This document shows, piece by piece, positions 8,871 through 18,358 of a stretch of 64,000 nucleotides of DNA. The notes beneath the pieces are model-generated. The model was not told the DNA's origin. It saw only the letters and a list, made by a program, of their open reading frames with translations, and searched no databases. Numbering within the stretch: position 1 is the first letter of the stretch; the number at the start of each line of letters is the position of its first letter. Source of the DNA: Vicinamibacteria bacterium (GTDB lineage: Bacteria > Acidobacteriota > Vicinamibacteria > Marinacidobacterales > Marinacidobacteraceae). Location of the stretch: positions 2,816,001 through 2,880,000 of the forward strand of contig OY729431.1 in the NCBI GenBank assembly GCA_963422395.1, in the 5' to 3' direction. The position numbers were made by a program, and so were the translations under genes.

Positions 8871-10340
8871 TCAGCTTTCGAAGAAGGCGAGGAAGCCCCG
8901 GTACAGCGCCCAGAGGTCGGCCTTCGAGGCGACATCGTAGGTGGAGTGCATGGAGAGGATGCCGACCCCCCAGTCGGTGACTTCCATGTTCATCTGGTTG
9001 AAGTAGCGGGCGATCGTGCCGCCGCCGTAGCCGGCCTTGTAGGTATGGCTCTGCCACGCCACGGCTTCGTCGTCGAGCATCCGGCGGAGACGGGCGACGA
9101 ACTCGCTGTTCGCGCTGCGGCCGGCGCCGTAGAGCTTGAGGACCAGGCCGTGGTGGAGGAGCGAGGCGTTGTCCGGGGCCTGGGGGGAAGGCCAGAGCGG
9201 GTTCGTCGCAGTGGTGGTGTCCGCGGTGATCATGTCGGTATTGCCGAAGCACTCCATCACCTCGAGTTCGCTCACCGAGCCCTTCTCGGCTCGGATCATC
9301 TCGGCGACGATGCGGCGGAACCACTCGGAGCCGACGCTGATGTTCGAGCCGCTCCCGACTTCCTCGTCGGTGACCAGGTATGCCATCGCAGTGTGGGTGG
9401 GAATCTCCATCTCTTCGAGAGCGAAAACATTCGCGATGCCGGTGAGCCGGTCGTCGAGGCCGAAGGCGGCGAAGAGAGCCCGGTCCATGCCCACTTCGCG
9501 GGGCTTGGTGACCGGCACGATCTGCACATCGCTGCTCACCCAGTCTTCGGGCTCGATACCGAACTCGGCCCGAATCAGCTGGATGGCGCGCTCCATGGAG
9601 TCCATCCCCCCCTCGCCGTCTTCCCCGGCGCCGGTGGGAGCGGATGCGATCAGCGGGTCCAGCTCTTCGCGCCCGATCGCCTCGGCGCGGGTCCGACCGC
9701 GGAAGTCGCGGTCCACATGCGGCGCGAGGTCGGGGATCAGCAGCACCGGGTCGGAGTCCTCGAAGCCATATTCGATCCAGACCACGGAGCCGTCTTTCCG
9801 GTCCACCCGGCCGGTGAGGCCGAGGGGAACATTCACCCACTGGTAAGCCTTGAGCCCGCCGTGGACGAGGGTGTCGAGCGCGGCGGCGTCCTGCTTCCTG
9901 GCGAGCGGGTGCGGTTTCAGCTCGAGCCGCACCGAATCGATGTGGCTGTTGATGAGGCGCATCCCCGAAGCCAGCGGTTCGCTGCCGACCACCCAGAGCA
10001 GCATCGTTCGGTCGCGGTTGACCGCGTAGAAACGGTCGCCGGGGTTCCCCTCGCGGACCGCCGCATTCCACTCGCGGAACCCGCGCTCCTCGGCGTAGGC
10101 CACCGTCTCGCGGACCATGGCGAGCTCGGTCCGCGCCCGATCGATATAGGGCGCGAAGCGCCGATAGAGGGCCTCGATCTCCGCGCGTTCGGCAGCCGTG
10201 GCGTTCGCCTCGAGGTTGCCCCGGCTCCCGTACTCCCCCGCTTCTTGCGCCGCGGCGAGCCCCAGCGCGGTCGAGAAGACGGCGGCGAAGCCGAGGGAGC
10301 GGATTTCGGTCCGAAAACGGAATCGATGGCTGGGGTTCAT
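8871..10340 (-). CDS. M18-family aminopeptidase with signal peptide
   Basis: SHIDS, YQWVNVPL, IPDLAPH, GLDDR, DEEVGS, GGGTIA and SMHS motifs; N-terminal hydrophobic signal. Confidence 0.88.
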   Translation of the reverse strand: MNPSHRFRFRTEIRSLGFAAVFSTALGLAAAQEAGEYGSRGNLEANATAAERAEIEALYRRFAPYIDRARTELAMVRETVAYAEERGFREWNAAVREGNPGDRFYAVNRDRTMLLWVVGSEPLASGMRLINSHIDSVRLELKPHPLARKQDAAALDTLVHGGLKAYQWVNVPLGLTGRVDRKDGSVVWIEYGFEDSDPVLLIPDLAPHVDRDFRGRTRAEAIGREELDPLIASAPTGAGEDGEGGMDSMERAIQLIRAEFGIEPEDWVSSDVQIVPVTKPREVGMDRALFAAFGLDDRLTGIANVFALEEMEIPTHTAMAYLVTDEEVGSGSNISVGSEWFRRIVAEMIRAEKGSVSELEVMECFGNTDMITADTTTATNPLWPSPQAPDNASLLHHGLVLKLYGAGRSANSEFVARLRRMLDDEAVAWQSHTYKAGYGGGTIARYFNQMNMEVTDWGVGILSMHSTYDVASKADLWALYRGFLAFFES

Positions 10341-10428
10341 GGCGACCTCCCGCAGGCAGACCCCGAACGCTACCAGCAGCGCCCGTTCCTCCGGCACACC
10401 CCGCTGATCGACGCCGATGCAGTGATTG

Positions 10429-10623
10429 TTAGCAGCCTGTGGATGAAGTGACGCGAGCCCCAAGATCGGGGAGGCGCCCGACTGACAAGGCGCGATTCGG
10501 GAGGCATACCGGGAGTATTCCGGCGGAATCGCAACGCCGAGCGAAGCGTTCAGCCGAGGCCCCCACCGGGAGAACTGGGCATCGCCGACCTTTGGCCGTG
10601 TGACTTTGTCCACGGGCGGCTAG
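10429..10623. mobile_element. MITE with ~17-bp imperfect terminal inverted repeats and (T/C)TAG flanks
   Basis: Left end TTAG-CAGCCTGTGGATGAAGT; right end ACTTTGTCCACGGGCGG-CTAG; 16/20 identity between the left end and the reverse complement of the right end; intergenic. Confidence 0.7.
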
Positions 10624-10650
10624 CATCGGCCTCCTCCGGAGGAAGAAGTC

Positions 10651-11865
10651 ATGGGAAGGAACAAGACCGGCGTCCGCGGCTACCGCTCCTTCGGCTATCT
10701 GACGCCCGGCGAGGACTACCGCGCCTTCGAGCTCGCCGAGGATACGGACCTCTTCCCGGCGCACCCGGTTCCCCTCACTCCCGGCGAAGAGGCCCGGGCA
10801 GAGCGTCTCGCCAGCGAGCTGGTGCTGGTCTCCCTCCACGAGCATCTCGGCAGCTTCCCGAAGGACATCCAGGAGACACCCGCCTATGTCCGGGAGGGAC
10901 GGGTCTTCACCCCGTTCGAGGCACTCGCCGGGTGCGACTGGGACTGCGTCTTCGACAACCTGCTCGACGGGATCTGTCGGATCGAGTCGCGCAGCGGCTG
11001 GAAATGGAACGAAGTCCTCCACGACCTCGGGATGCGTCTCGCCGATCTGGCCCATCAGGACTTCCTCGTCCCCTGCCGGACGGTGGACGACATCCTCACC
11101 GCCCATGCCGAGGGACGGATCGCCTGGGTGGCAGCCATCGAGGGGGCGGCGCCGATCGAGAACGAGCTGGATCGGGTGGAGGTCCTCCACGGCTTCGGAG
11201 TGCGGGAGATGGGCATCACCTACAGCGAATCGAACGCTCTCGGGAGCGGTCTCAAGGAGACGAACGACGGCGGGCTGACCGCCTTCGGGCACCTGGTGGT
11301 CGAGCGCATGAACCAGGTGGGAATGCTGATCGACACCGCCCACTGCGGCGACCGCACGACTCTCGAAGTGATCGCGGCGAGCGAAAAACCGGTCTCCATC
11401 ACCCATATCGGCGCGCGGGCGCTCTGGAACACCCGGCGGATGGCGCCAGACGAGGTGTTGCAGGCCTGCGCCGGCAAGGGCGGGATCATCGGAATCGAGG
11501 CCGCCCCGCACACCACCCTCACGAAACATCATCCTCGGCATGATCTGGAGTCCTTCATGGAGCACTTCGAGTACGTGAAGGATCTGGTAGGGATCGACCA
11601 TGTGGGTTTCGGCCCGGACACGGTTTTCGGCGACCATGCGGGACTCCATCGGGTGTACGCCTCCGCGCTTTCCCTGCGGAAGGCGAGCGCCGGCGAAGGC
11701 GCCCCACCGTTCTCCCGAGTGCCCTATGTCGCCGGGATCGAGAATCCGGTCGAGGGTTCGCGGAACATCCTGCGCTGGTTGGTGAAACACCGGTATTCCG
11801 ACGAGGACATCGGGAAGGTGATGGGCGAAAACGCGCTGCGGGTCCTGCGGGAAGTCTGGGCATGA
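10651..11865 (+). CDS. membrane dipeptidase (M19 family)
   Basis: SLHEH, AAIEG, LIDTAH, SITH, GIDHVGFGPD and KVMGENALRV motifs. Confidence 0.9.
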   Translation: MGRNKTGVRGYRSFGYLTPGEDYRAFELAEDTDLFPAHPVPLTPGEEARAERLASELVLVSLHEHLGSFPKDIQETPAYVREGRVFTPFEALAGCDWDCVFDNLLDGICRIESRSGWKWNEVLHDLGMRLADLAHQDFLVPCRTVDDILTAHAEGRIAWVAAIEGAAPIENELDRVEVLHGFGVREMGITYSESNALGSGLKETNDGGLTAFGHLVVERMNQVGMLIDTAHCGDRTTLEVIAASEKPVSITHIGARALWNTRRMAPDEVLQACAGKGGIIGIEAAPHTTLTKHHPRHDLESFMEHFEYVKDLVGIDHVGFGPDTVFGDHAGLHRVYASALSLRKASAGEGAPPFSRVPYVAGIENPVEGSRNILRWLVKHRYSDEDIGKVMGENALRVLREVWA

Positions 11866-12464
11866 TCCGGCCGCTGCTCGTCGGTCCGATCCTTCTCCTG
11901 GCCCCTGCCGTCCCCGCTGCCGCGGATTCGCCGGCAGTGGAGACGACCGTTAGGATGTCGGGGCCGGAGCGGGCGCTCGTGGAAACCCGCATCCGGTCCG
12001 CGGCGATCTCCCGGTCGCCGGCTTTCCACGGGCTCTCCCGCAGCGGAGCGGCCGGCTGGCGGCGCGCGGAGATGGCGTTCGAACGCGATGCGGCCGGCAC
12101 CGTCGTGTTTCGGGGCGAAGCAGCGGCGGACCCCGATGGCTGGCTCCGCATTCCGATCCCCCTGCCGGATTCCTCTCCGTCGCCGGGAACCGACCTGTCG
12201 TTCCGCGCGACCATCACCCCTCCGATCGGCTACCGGATCGCGGACCCATTTCCCGCGCGGGCCGGGCCGGAGAACAGCGGCGGCGAGATTGCCATGGCGC
12301 TTCCCGCGCCGCCCTCGCTCCTCCGTTTCCGGGTGATCCCCGACGGGGCGAGCGGCTTCGGACTCCCGGTGATCGTGGACGGGATCGTGGTCCTCCTCCT
12401 GCTCGGACTCGCCGCCTTCGGAGCTCTTCGTTTCTTCCGCCCCGGGGTCCCGGCTTCGCTGTGA
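11862..12464 (+). CDS. hypothetical exported protein with a C-terminal membrane anchor
   Basis: Signal peptide and C-terminal TM segment; start/stop overlaps on both sides. Confidence 0.7.
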   Translation: MIRPLLVGPILLLAPAVPAAADSPAVETTVRMSGPERALVETRIRSAAISRSPAFHGLSRSGAAGWRRAEMAFERDAAGTVVFRGEAAADPDGWLRIPIPLPDSSPSPGTDLSFRATITPPIGYRIADPFPARAGPENSGGEIAMALPAPPSLLRFRVIPDGASGFGLPVIVDGIVVLLLLGLAAFGALRFFRPGVPASL

Positions 12465-12568
12465 CGCGGTTCTCGTTCTGGGGCCTCTTCGTCGTCATCG
12501 GAGCGATCCTCTTCGCCTATCTGATCTGGATGCGCCGGCGCGAAAGCCGCGAGGAGTCCCGCGATTGA
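12461..12568 (+). CDS. small single-TM protein (35 aa), probable solute:sodium symporter accessory subunit
   Basis: MTRFSFWGLFVVIGAILFAYLIWMRRRESREESRD; GTGA overlap with the upstream gene and TTGA overlap with the SSS gene. Confidence 0.75.
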   Translation: MTRFSFWGLFVVIGAILFAYLIWMRRRESREESRD

Positions 12569-14013
12569 CCGCAGCGGTGTTCGGCGCCTACCTCGCTGCC
12601 ATCTTCGCCATCGGAGCGGTGGCGCTCCGGCGCACCCGCACCGAGGGGGACTACTGGATCGCCGGCGGACGGCTCGGCTGGTTCCTCGGCGGGGCCACCC
12701 TCGCCGCCACCCACGCCAGCGCCGGCACCTACATCGGCACGGTGGGCGTGATCCACACGGCAGGCTGGGAATTCGCCTGGCTGGTCCTCTTCATCCCGCT
12801 GAGTTACTGGTTCATGGCGGGAGTGCTGGCGCCTCGCTTCGCCCGGACCCGCGAACTGACCCTGCCGGCGTTCATCGAGCGGCGCTATTACAGCCGGCGC
12901 GCCCGCGCGCTCGCCGCGGTCGTCATCCTGATCGCCTCCACCGTGTACATCCAGGCGCAAGTGATCGCCGGCGGCCTGATCGCGGAAACGGTGTTCGGAA
13001 TTCCGCCGGTGCGGGGCATGGTGTTCTTCACCGCGGTCCTGCTCGCCTACACCGCGGTGGGCGGGATGGTGGCGGTGGTGTACACCGATCTGGTCCAGCT
13101 GGTCGTCATGGTCGTCGGAGCCCTCCTCGCGGCGCCGATGGTATTTCGCCTGCTCGACGGCCCGGCGCCGCTCTTCGCCGCCGTCGAGGCGCTCCGGCCC
13201 GAGACCTTCGCGTTCGGCTCCCTCCCGGGAGCGCTGCTGCTGACGATGGGCATTTCGTTCCTGCTCGGCGGCGTCGCTACTCCGGAGAAGCTCGTCCGCC
13301 TCTACACCATGCGGGACCAGCGGGAGATCCGCCGCGGCCTGCTGCTCGCCATGACCCTGGCGACCGCGGTGAACCTGCTCGTCTTCTTGATCGCCCTCGC
13401 CGCCATCGGGCTCTTCCCGCTGCTGCCGAGCGGCGATCTCGCCATGCCGCTCATCGCCGGCAGCGCGCTGCCTCCGGTGCTCGGCGCCCTCCTGCTCGCC
13501 GCCATCATGTCGGCGATCATGTCCACCGTGGATTCGCTGCTGCTCGTCGCGGGATCGGCCCTCTCGCACGATCTGCTGGGCGTCCTGCGCCCCTGCACGA
13601 GTCCTCGAGCCAGGATGCTGGCTGCGCGCTCCGGGATTTTCTTCGTGGGAATCACTCCGCTGGTGCTGATCCTGAGCGGGGTCGGAGAAGGGGAACTCAT
13701 CCAGTTCATCGTGCTGTTGTTCACCGCGATCATGGCGAGCGCATTCTTCGTCCCGGTAGTGCTTGGGGTCCTCTGGCGCGGATTGACCCGCGAGGGCGCT
13801 TTCGCCGCCATGACAGGCGGAGTCACCGCGGTCTTCGTCTGGCAGAGCGGGGTGCTCCCCTGGCCGGGCTTCGGGCCGGAATCGGTCCACTCGGCGGCGC
13901 CCGGGGTACTGATCTCGGTCCTCCTCGGAGTGGTGGTCAGCCGGCTTACGCCGAAAGCGCCGGAATCCGCGCTTCGCCCGTATTTCGGACAGGGCTCCGG
14001 AGACTCCGGATGA
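12565..14013 (+). CDS. sodium:solute symporter family protein
   Basis: DYWIAGGRLG, ASAGTYIG, YTAVGGMVAVVYTDLVQ and AAIMSAIMSTVDS motifs; many TM helices. Confidence 0.93.
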   Translation: MTAAVFGAYLAAIFAIGAVALRRTRTEGDYWIAGGRLGWFLGGATLAATHASAGTYIGTVGVIHTAGWEFAWLVLFIPLSYWFMAGVLAPRFARTRELTLPAFIERRYYSRRARALAAVVILIASTVYIQAQVIAGGLIAETVFGIPPVRGMVFFTAVLLAYTAVGGMVAVVYTDLVQLVVMVVGALLAAPMVFRLLDGPAPLFAAVEALRPETFAFGSLPGALLLTMGISFLLGGVATPEKLVRLYTMRDQREIRRGLLLAMTLATAVNLLVFLIALAAIGLFPLLPSGDLAMPLIAGSALPPVLGALLLAAIMSAIMSTVDSLLLVAGSALSHDLLGVLRPCTSPRARMLAARSGIFFVGITPLVLILSGVGEGELIQFIVLLFTAIMASAFFVPVVLGVLWRGLTREGAFAAMTGGVTAVFVWQSGVLPWPGFGPESVHSAAPGVLISVLLGVVVSRLTPKAPESALRPYFGQGSGDSG

Positions 14014-14840
14014 AGCTCGCGGGCCGCCGCCTCCTGGTCACCGGCGGGGCGCGCGGCATGGGCTTGCGGATCGCCTGCGGCGCGGCGGCGCGGGGGGCGC
14101 ACGCGGCGATCTGGGATCTGGACGAGGGCGCTCTCGCCGACGCCGCGGCGCGAATCCGGGCCTCCCGGCGAAGCCCGGAGCAGATCGTGGCCGCGGACAC
14201 CGTGGATGTCGGGAACGCCGATGCAGTAGCGGCCGCCGCCGAGCGGCTGCGCATCGGATTCGGCGCGGTGGAAGTGCTGGTGAACAACGCCGGCGTGGTC
14301 TCGGGAAAACACTTCGCGGATCTCTCGCCGGACGAGGTCACGCGCACGCTGCGGGTGAACCTCGCCGCCCACTTCTGGACGGTGCGCGCCTTCCTGCCGG
14401 AGATGATCGAACGCGGGACCGGGCAAATCGTGACGATGGCCTCGGCGGGCGGGCTGATCGGGGTTGCCGGACTCTCCGACTACTGCGCCTCCAAGTTCGG
14501 AGCGGTGGGCTTCCACGAGTCCCTTCGCGCCGAGCTCCGCCACTCCGCGCCGCACATCGGAACCACCCTGGTCTGCCCCTATTTCGTGAACACCGGCATG
14601 TTCGCCGGAATACGCACTCGGTTTCCGTTCCTGCTCCCGATCCTCGATTCGGAGCGGGTCGGTGGTGCGGTGGTGCGCGCAATCGAGAAGGACCGCGCGG
14701 CCGTCGTGCTTCCCCGGTTCGTCCACTCGCTCAAACTTCTCCGCCTGTTGCCGGTGCGCTGGCTGGACCCCATCGCCGCCTTCTTCGGCATCCACGCCGC
14801 CATGGACAGTTTCGAAGGCGGCCGCCGCCACCCTCGGTAA
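14010..14840 (+). CDS. short-chain dehydrogenase/reductase
   Basis: TGGARGMG, NNAG and YCASK motifs. Confidence 0.92.
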   Translation: MKLAGRRLLVTGGARGMGLRIACGAAARGAHAAIWDLDEGALADAAARIRASRRSPEQIVAADTVDVGNADAVAAAAERLRIGFGAVEVLVNNAGVVSGKHFADLSPDEVTRTLRVNLAAHFWTVRAFLPEMIERGTGQIVTMASAGGLIGVAGLSDYCASKFGAVGFHESLRAELRHSAPHIGTTLVCPYFVNTGMFAGIRTRFPFLLPILDSERVGGAVVRAIEKDRAAVVLPRFVHSLKLLRLLPVRWLDPIAAFFGIHAAMDSFEGGRRHPR

Positions 14841-14946
14841 CCGGCGGTCGGGAATCGCTTCGCGGTTCCCCCGCAGCCTGTCTCGGGTGCGGAGCGGGAC
14901 CCGCCGGGCAGGTGCGTAGAATCGCCGGACGCAGGAATCATCGATC

Positions 14947-16854
14947 GTGCCTTCCCCCATGGACACCTCCGGGATGACCGCCGGGAAGCGGGCGGCGTTC
15001 GAGTTGGCGGAAGCGGCCCGCGAGACCGGGTGGAGATATCCGACCTTTGCGGGGGGGCTGTTTCTCGGCCGGCTGTCCACCGGGATGGTGCGGCCGTATC
15101 CCGACGCCGGCTCGGAGCCGGAGGGCGAGGCGTTCCTGAAGCGGCTCGAGCGATTTCTCCTGGAATCGGTGGATGCCGACGAGATCGACCAGACCGGGGA
15201 GATCCCCGACGAAGTGCTCGGTCGGCTCGCGGCGATGGGGGCGTTCGGGATCAAGATCCCCAAGAAGTACGGGGGGCTCGGTCTTTCACAGCGCACCTAT
15301 ACCCGCTCGGCGATCCTGCTCGGAAGCCACTGCGGCAGCCTCGCCTCGCTCCTCTCGGCACACCAATCGATCGGCATCGCCCAGCCCATCCTGATGTTCG
15401 GGACCGAGGCGCAGAAGCAGGAATTCCTGCCCCGGGTGGCGGCGGGCGACATCTCCGCCTTCGCCCTAACCGAGACCAGTGTCGGTTCCGACGCCGCTCG
15501 AATGCGGGCATCCGCCGAGCCCACTCCGGACGGCCGCGATTTCCTCCTGAACGGCGAGAAGCTCTGGTGCACGAACGGCACCAAGGCTCGCTGGCTGGTG
15601 GTGATGGCGCGCACCCCGGCGGAGAGCTCCGGGGGGCGCGAGGGGATCACCACCTTCATCGTGGACACCCGTTGGGCGGGAGTGGAGGTGGTTCGCCGCT
15701 GCCGCTTCATGGGGCTCAAGGCGCTCTACAACGGAGTGATGCGGTTCACCGGGGTGCGGATTCCCCGGGAGAATGTCCTCGGACCGGTGGGAAAGGGGCT
15801 GCGGGTCGCCCTGACCACTCTGAACACCGGGCGGCTCACCCTGCCCGGGATCTGCATCGGCACCGCGAAGCGGTCGCTCTACATGGCGAAGACCTGGGCG
15901 CGGGAGCGGGTCCAGTGGGGTGCTCCCATCGGGGAACACGCAGCGATCGCCGACAAGATCGGGAAGATGGCGGCCACCACCTTCGCCATGGATGCGATGT
16001 CCGACCTGACCTCGCTGCTCGTGGACATCGGGGGGGCCGACATCCGCATCGAGGCCGCGATCTCCAAGCTCTACGCGAGCGAGGCAGCGTGGTGGATCGC
16101 CGATGCAACGGTGCAGGTACTCGGCGGCCGGGGTTACGAAACCGCCGCCTCGCTCGGGGCCCGCGGCGAGCGCCCCTTTCCCGCGGAACGGACGCTCCGC
16201 GACAACCGGATCAACACGATTTTCGAGGGGTCGAGCGAAATCCTGCGCCTGTTCATCGCTCGCGAGGTGCTCGATCCCCACCTCCGCCGGGCCGGTGCCG
16301 TGCTGAATCCCTCGCTGCCGCTCGCACAGCGATTCGGTGCCGCGGTGCGCGGCGCCTTCTTCTATGTGCCCTGGTATCTCCGGCAGTGGCTCCCGGTGCG
16401 GGCTCCCCGAGGCGGCCGCGCCTTCGCCCGGCGCCACCTCGGCTTCGTGGCCAGAGACAGCCGCCGACTGGCCCGCAGCCTCTTCCACGCCATGCTCCGC
16501 TTCGGACCGGATCTCGAACGGCGGCAGGTGCTGCTCGCGCGCTTCGTGGACTACGGCGCCGAGCTGTACGCGCAGGTGGCGACCGTGGTGCGCGCCGAGG
16601 CGCTCCTCGCCCGCGGAGCCCGCGATGCGGATGTCCTGCCGCTGGTCGAGAACTTCTGCGCCGGTTCCCGCGCCCGGACCCGAGAGCTGCGGCGCGGGCT
16701 AGGACGCAACCTCGACCAGCAGACCTACGACCTCGCCCAGGAGGTCCTCAAGGACGGTTTCCCCACCCTGCTGGACGGCCGGGTCCCGAATCGCTACGAC
16801 CCGCCCGCAGAGCCGTCTCGAGAGGCAACACCCCAAAGCTCCCTCCTCGTTTGA
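14947..16854 (+). CDS. acyl-CoA dehydrogenase (ACAD9/VLCAD-like)
   Basis: AFALTETSVGSD, LNGEKLWCTNG, LNTGR, QVLGGRGY and IFEGSSEILR motifs. Confidence 0.93.
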   Translation: MPSPMDTSGMTAGKRAAFELAEAARETGWRYPTFAGGLFLGRLSTGMVRPYPDAGSEPEGEAFLKRLERFLLESVDADEIDQTGEIPDEVLGRLAAMGAFGIKIPKKYGGLGLSQRTYTRSAILLGSHCGSLASLLSAHQSIGIAQPILMFGTEAQKQEFLPRVAAGDISAFALTETSVGSDAARMRASAEPTPDGRDFLLNGEKLWCTNGTKARWLVVMARTPAESSGGREGITTFIVDTRWAGVEVVRRCRFMGLKALYNGVMRFTGVRIPRENVLGPVGKGLRVALTTLNTGRLTLPGICIGTAKRSLYMAKTWARERVQWGAPIGEHAAIADKIGKMAATTFAMDAMSDLTSLLVDIGGADIRIEAAISKLYASEAAWWIADATVQVLGGRGYETAASLGARGERPFPAERTLRDNRINTIFEGSSEILRLFIAREVLDPHLRRAGAVLNPSLPLAQRFGAAVRGAFFYVPWYLRQWLPVRAPRGGRAFARRHLGFVARDSRRLARSLFHAMLRFGPDLERRQVLLARFVDYGAELYAQVATVVRAEALLARGARDADVLPLVENFCAGSRARTRELRRGLGRNLDQQTYDLAQEVLKDGFPTLLDGRVPNRYDPPAEPSREATPQSSLLV

Positions 16855-17816
16855 GAGGTTTCCTGATCGCGTTCGCGGCGGGCGGGCTCGCGGCGGGGTG
16901 TTTCGGAAAGGCGCCCTTTCCGGCCCCCCGCCCGATCTGGCTCGATGTCGATCCGGCAGTCATGCGCGGCGGCCACGAACCCGACGATGGAGTGGCCATG
17001 GTCCAGGCGTTCCATTCACCCGAACTTCGAGTGGTCGGAGTGAGCACAGTGTTCGGAAACGCTCCGGTCGAGACCGGCCATGCGATCGCCCGGGAGATCG
17101 CCGCCCGCTTCGGACCGCCGGGGCTCGGTGTCCATCGGGGCGCCGCTGCCCCTGCGCCCGAACCGACGCCGGCTTCCCGAGCGCTCCTCGCGGCGCTCGC
17201 CGAGAGGCCCCTGACCGTGCTGGCGCTGGGCCCGGCGACGAACATCGCCGCCGCCCTCCGGGAGCGTCCCGATCTTGCCCGGCGCCTCGAGGCGGTGGTG
17301 TTGGTGATCGGTCGGCGGCCGGACAGGCCGCTCACCTTTCCGGGCAGTACCGCCCGGCTGCCCGATTTCAATTTCGAGATGGACCCGCAGGCAGCGGAGA
17401 TCGTGCTCCGGAGTGGAGCTCCCGTGGTCCTCGTCCCATTCGAACTCGCAGTGCAATTGCCCGTCGAGGACGAGGAGTGGGCTCGGCTTCGGAACACCGC
17501 CTTCGGTAACTACTTTCTCGAACCGATCGAGGACTACCTCGACTGGTTCAGCGAGCACACCGGCCGGCGCGCGACCTATCCCTTCGACTCTTTCGCGGTG
17601 TCGTGGCTCGCGGCCCCCGAACTCCTGCGCTGCGACCGCACCACGGTGGTCCTCCGGGAAGGACCCGCGGACACCGACCGGGGCAGCGGCGGGTCGAAGC
17701 CGTGGCTCGTCCGGGTCGAGACCGGCGCCGGTACGCCGGTCACCTGGTGCCACACGCCGGAGCCGGAGCTGAAGGACGAATTGCTCCGGCGTCTCGCTGG
17801 AGGCCGGGGCGCCTGA
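16851..17816 (+). CDS. nucleoside hydrolase family protein, probable lipoprotein
   Basis: DVDP...PDDG, STVFGN, LALGPATNIA and DFNFEMDPQA motifs; lipobox LAAGC; TTGA overlap with the upstream gene. Confidence 0.85.
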   Translation: MRGFLIAFAAGGLAAGCFGKAPFPAPRPIWLDVDPAVMRGGHEPDDGVAMVQAFHSPELRVVGVSTVFGNAPVETGHAIAREIAARFGPPGLGVHRGAAAPAPEPTPASRALLAALAERPLTVLALGPATNIAAALRERPDLARRLEAVVLVIGRRPDRPLTFPGSTARLPDFNFEMDPQAAEIVLRSGAPVVLVPFELAVQLPVEDEEWARLRNTAFGNYFLEPIEDYLDWFSEHTGRRATYPFDSFAVSWLAAPELLRCDRTTVVLREGPADTDRGSGGSKPWLVRVETGAGTPVTWCHTPEPELKDELLRRLAGGRGA

Positions 17817-17839
17817 CCGCAGTCGAAACGGCTGCTAGC

Positions 17840-18225
17840 TGTGACCTTGCGGTAGGTTGTTCACGCGAACCCGATGCCCGGAACTCATGGGCATCCACAA
17901 CCCCTCAGCACGAGGAGCAGCCCGCATGAACATCCACGAGTCGGCCAAACTGACCCCGCTCGGTCGAGAGATCCTGGTTCGCCGCATCACCGAGGAAGGC
18001 CTCCGCGTCGAGGCGGCGGCCCAGGCCTCGGGAGTGAGCGTGCGCACTGCATACAAGTGGCTCGCCCGCTGGCGCGAGGAGGGCCTGCCGGGCCTCGGGG
18101 ACCGCTCCTCGCGCCCGCATCGCTGCCCCCACCGCACCAGCGAGGCGCGGCGCACCCGAGTCGTCGAACTGCGGCGCGAGCGCCGCACCTACCACGACAT
18201 CAGCCAGCAGCTCGGCATCTGCTAA
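17840..18225 (+). mobile_element. IS481-family remnant (left end plus truncated transposase, ATG at 17926)
   Basis: GCTAGC target (NCTAGN) followed by a TGT...TAGGTTGT left end; MNIHESAKLTPLGR...SVRTAYKWLARW...DRSSRPHRCP; stops before the DDE domain; no right end. Confidence 0.88.
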
Positions 18226-18245
18226 TCTTTCTGGTCCGGCTGGGA

Positions 18246-18322
18246 GCGCCTGTAGCTCAGTGGATTAGAGCGCTTGCCTCCGGAGCAAGAAGTCAGAGGT
18301 TCGAATCCTCTCAGGCGTACCA
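18246..18322 (+). tRNA. tRNA-Arg(CCG)
   Basis: Anticodon arm CTTGC-CTCCGGA-GCAAG; T-arm; CCA. Confidence 0.96.
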
Positions 18323-18358
18323 GTCCGTGGATGAAGCGGCGTCTTCGTCCACGGGCTG
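18321..18358. mobile_element. 38-bp TIR-only mini-MITE with GTAC target duplication
   Basis: GTAC-[CAGTCCGTGGATGAAG cggcgt CTTCGTCCACGGGCTG]-GTAC; arms closely resemble the TIRs of the 10429-10623 MITE. Confidence 0.7.

Noticed and set aside
7671-10451. 926-aa plus-strand ORF (and similarly 21043-23778)
   Set aside because: Off-frame or antisense shadows of well-supported genes in high-GC DNA.
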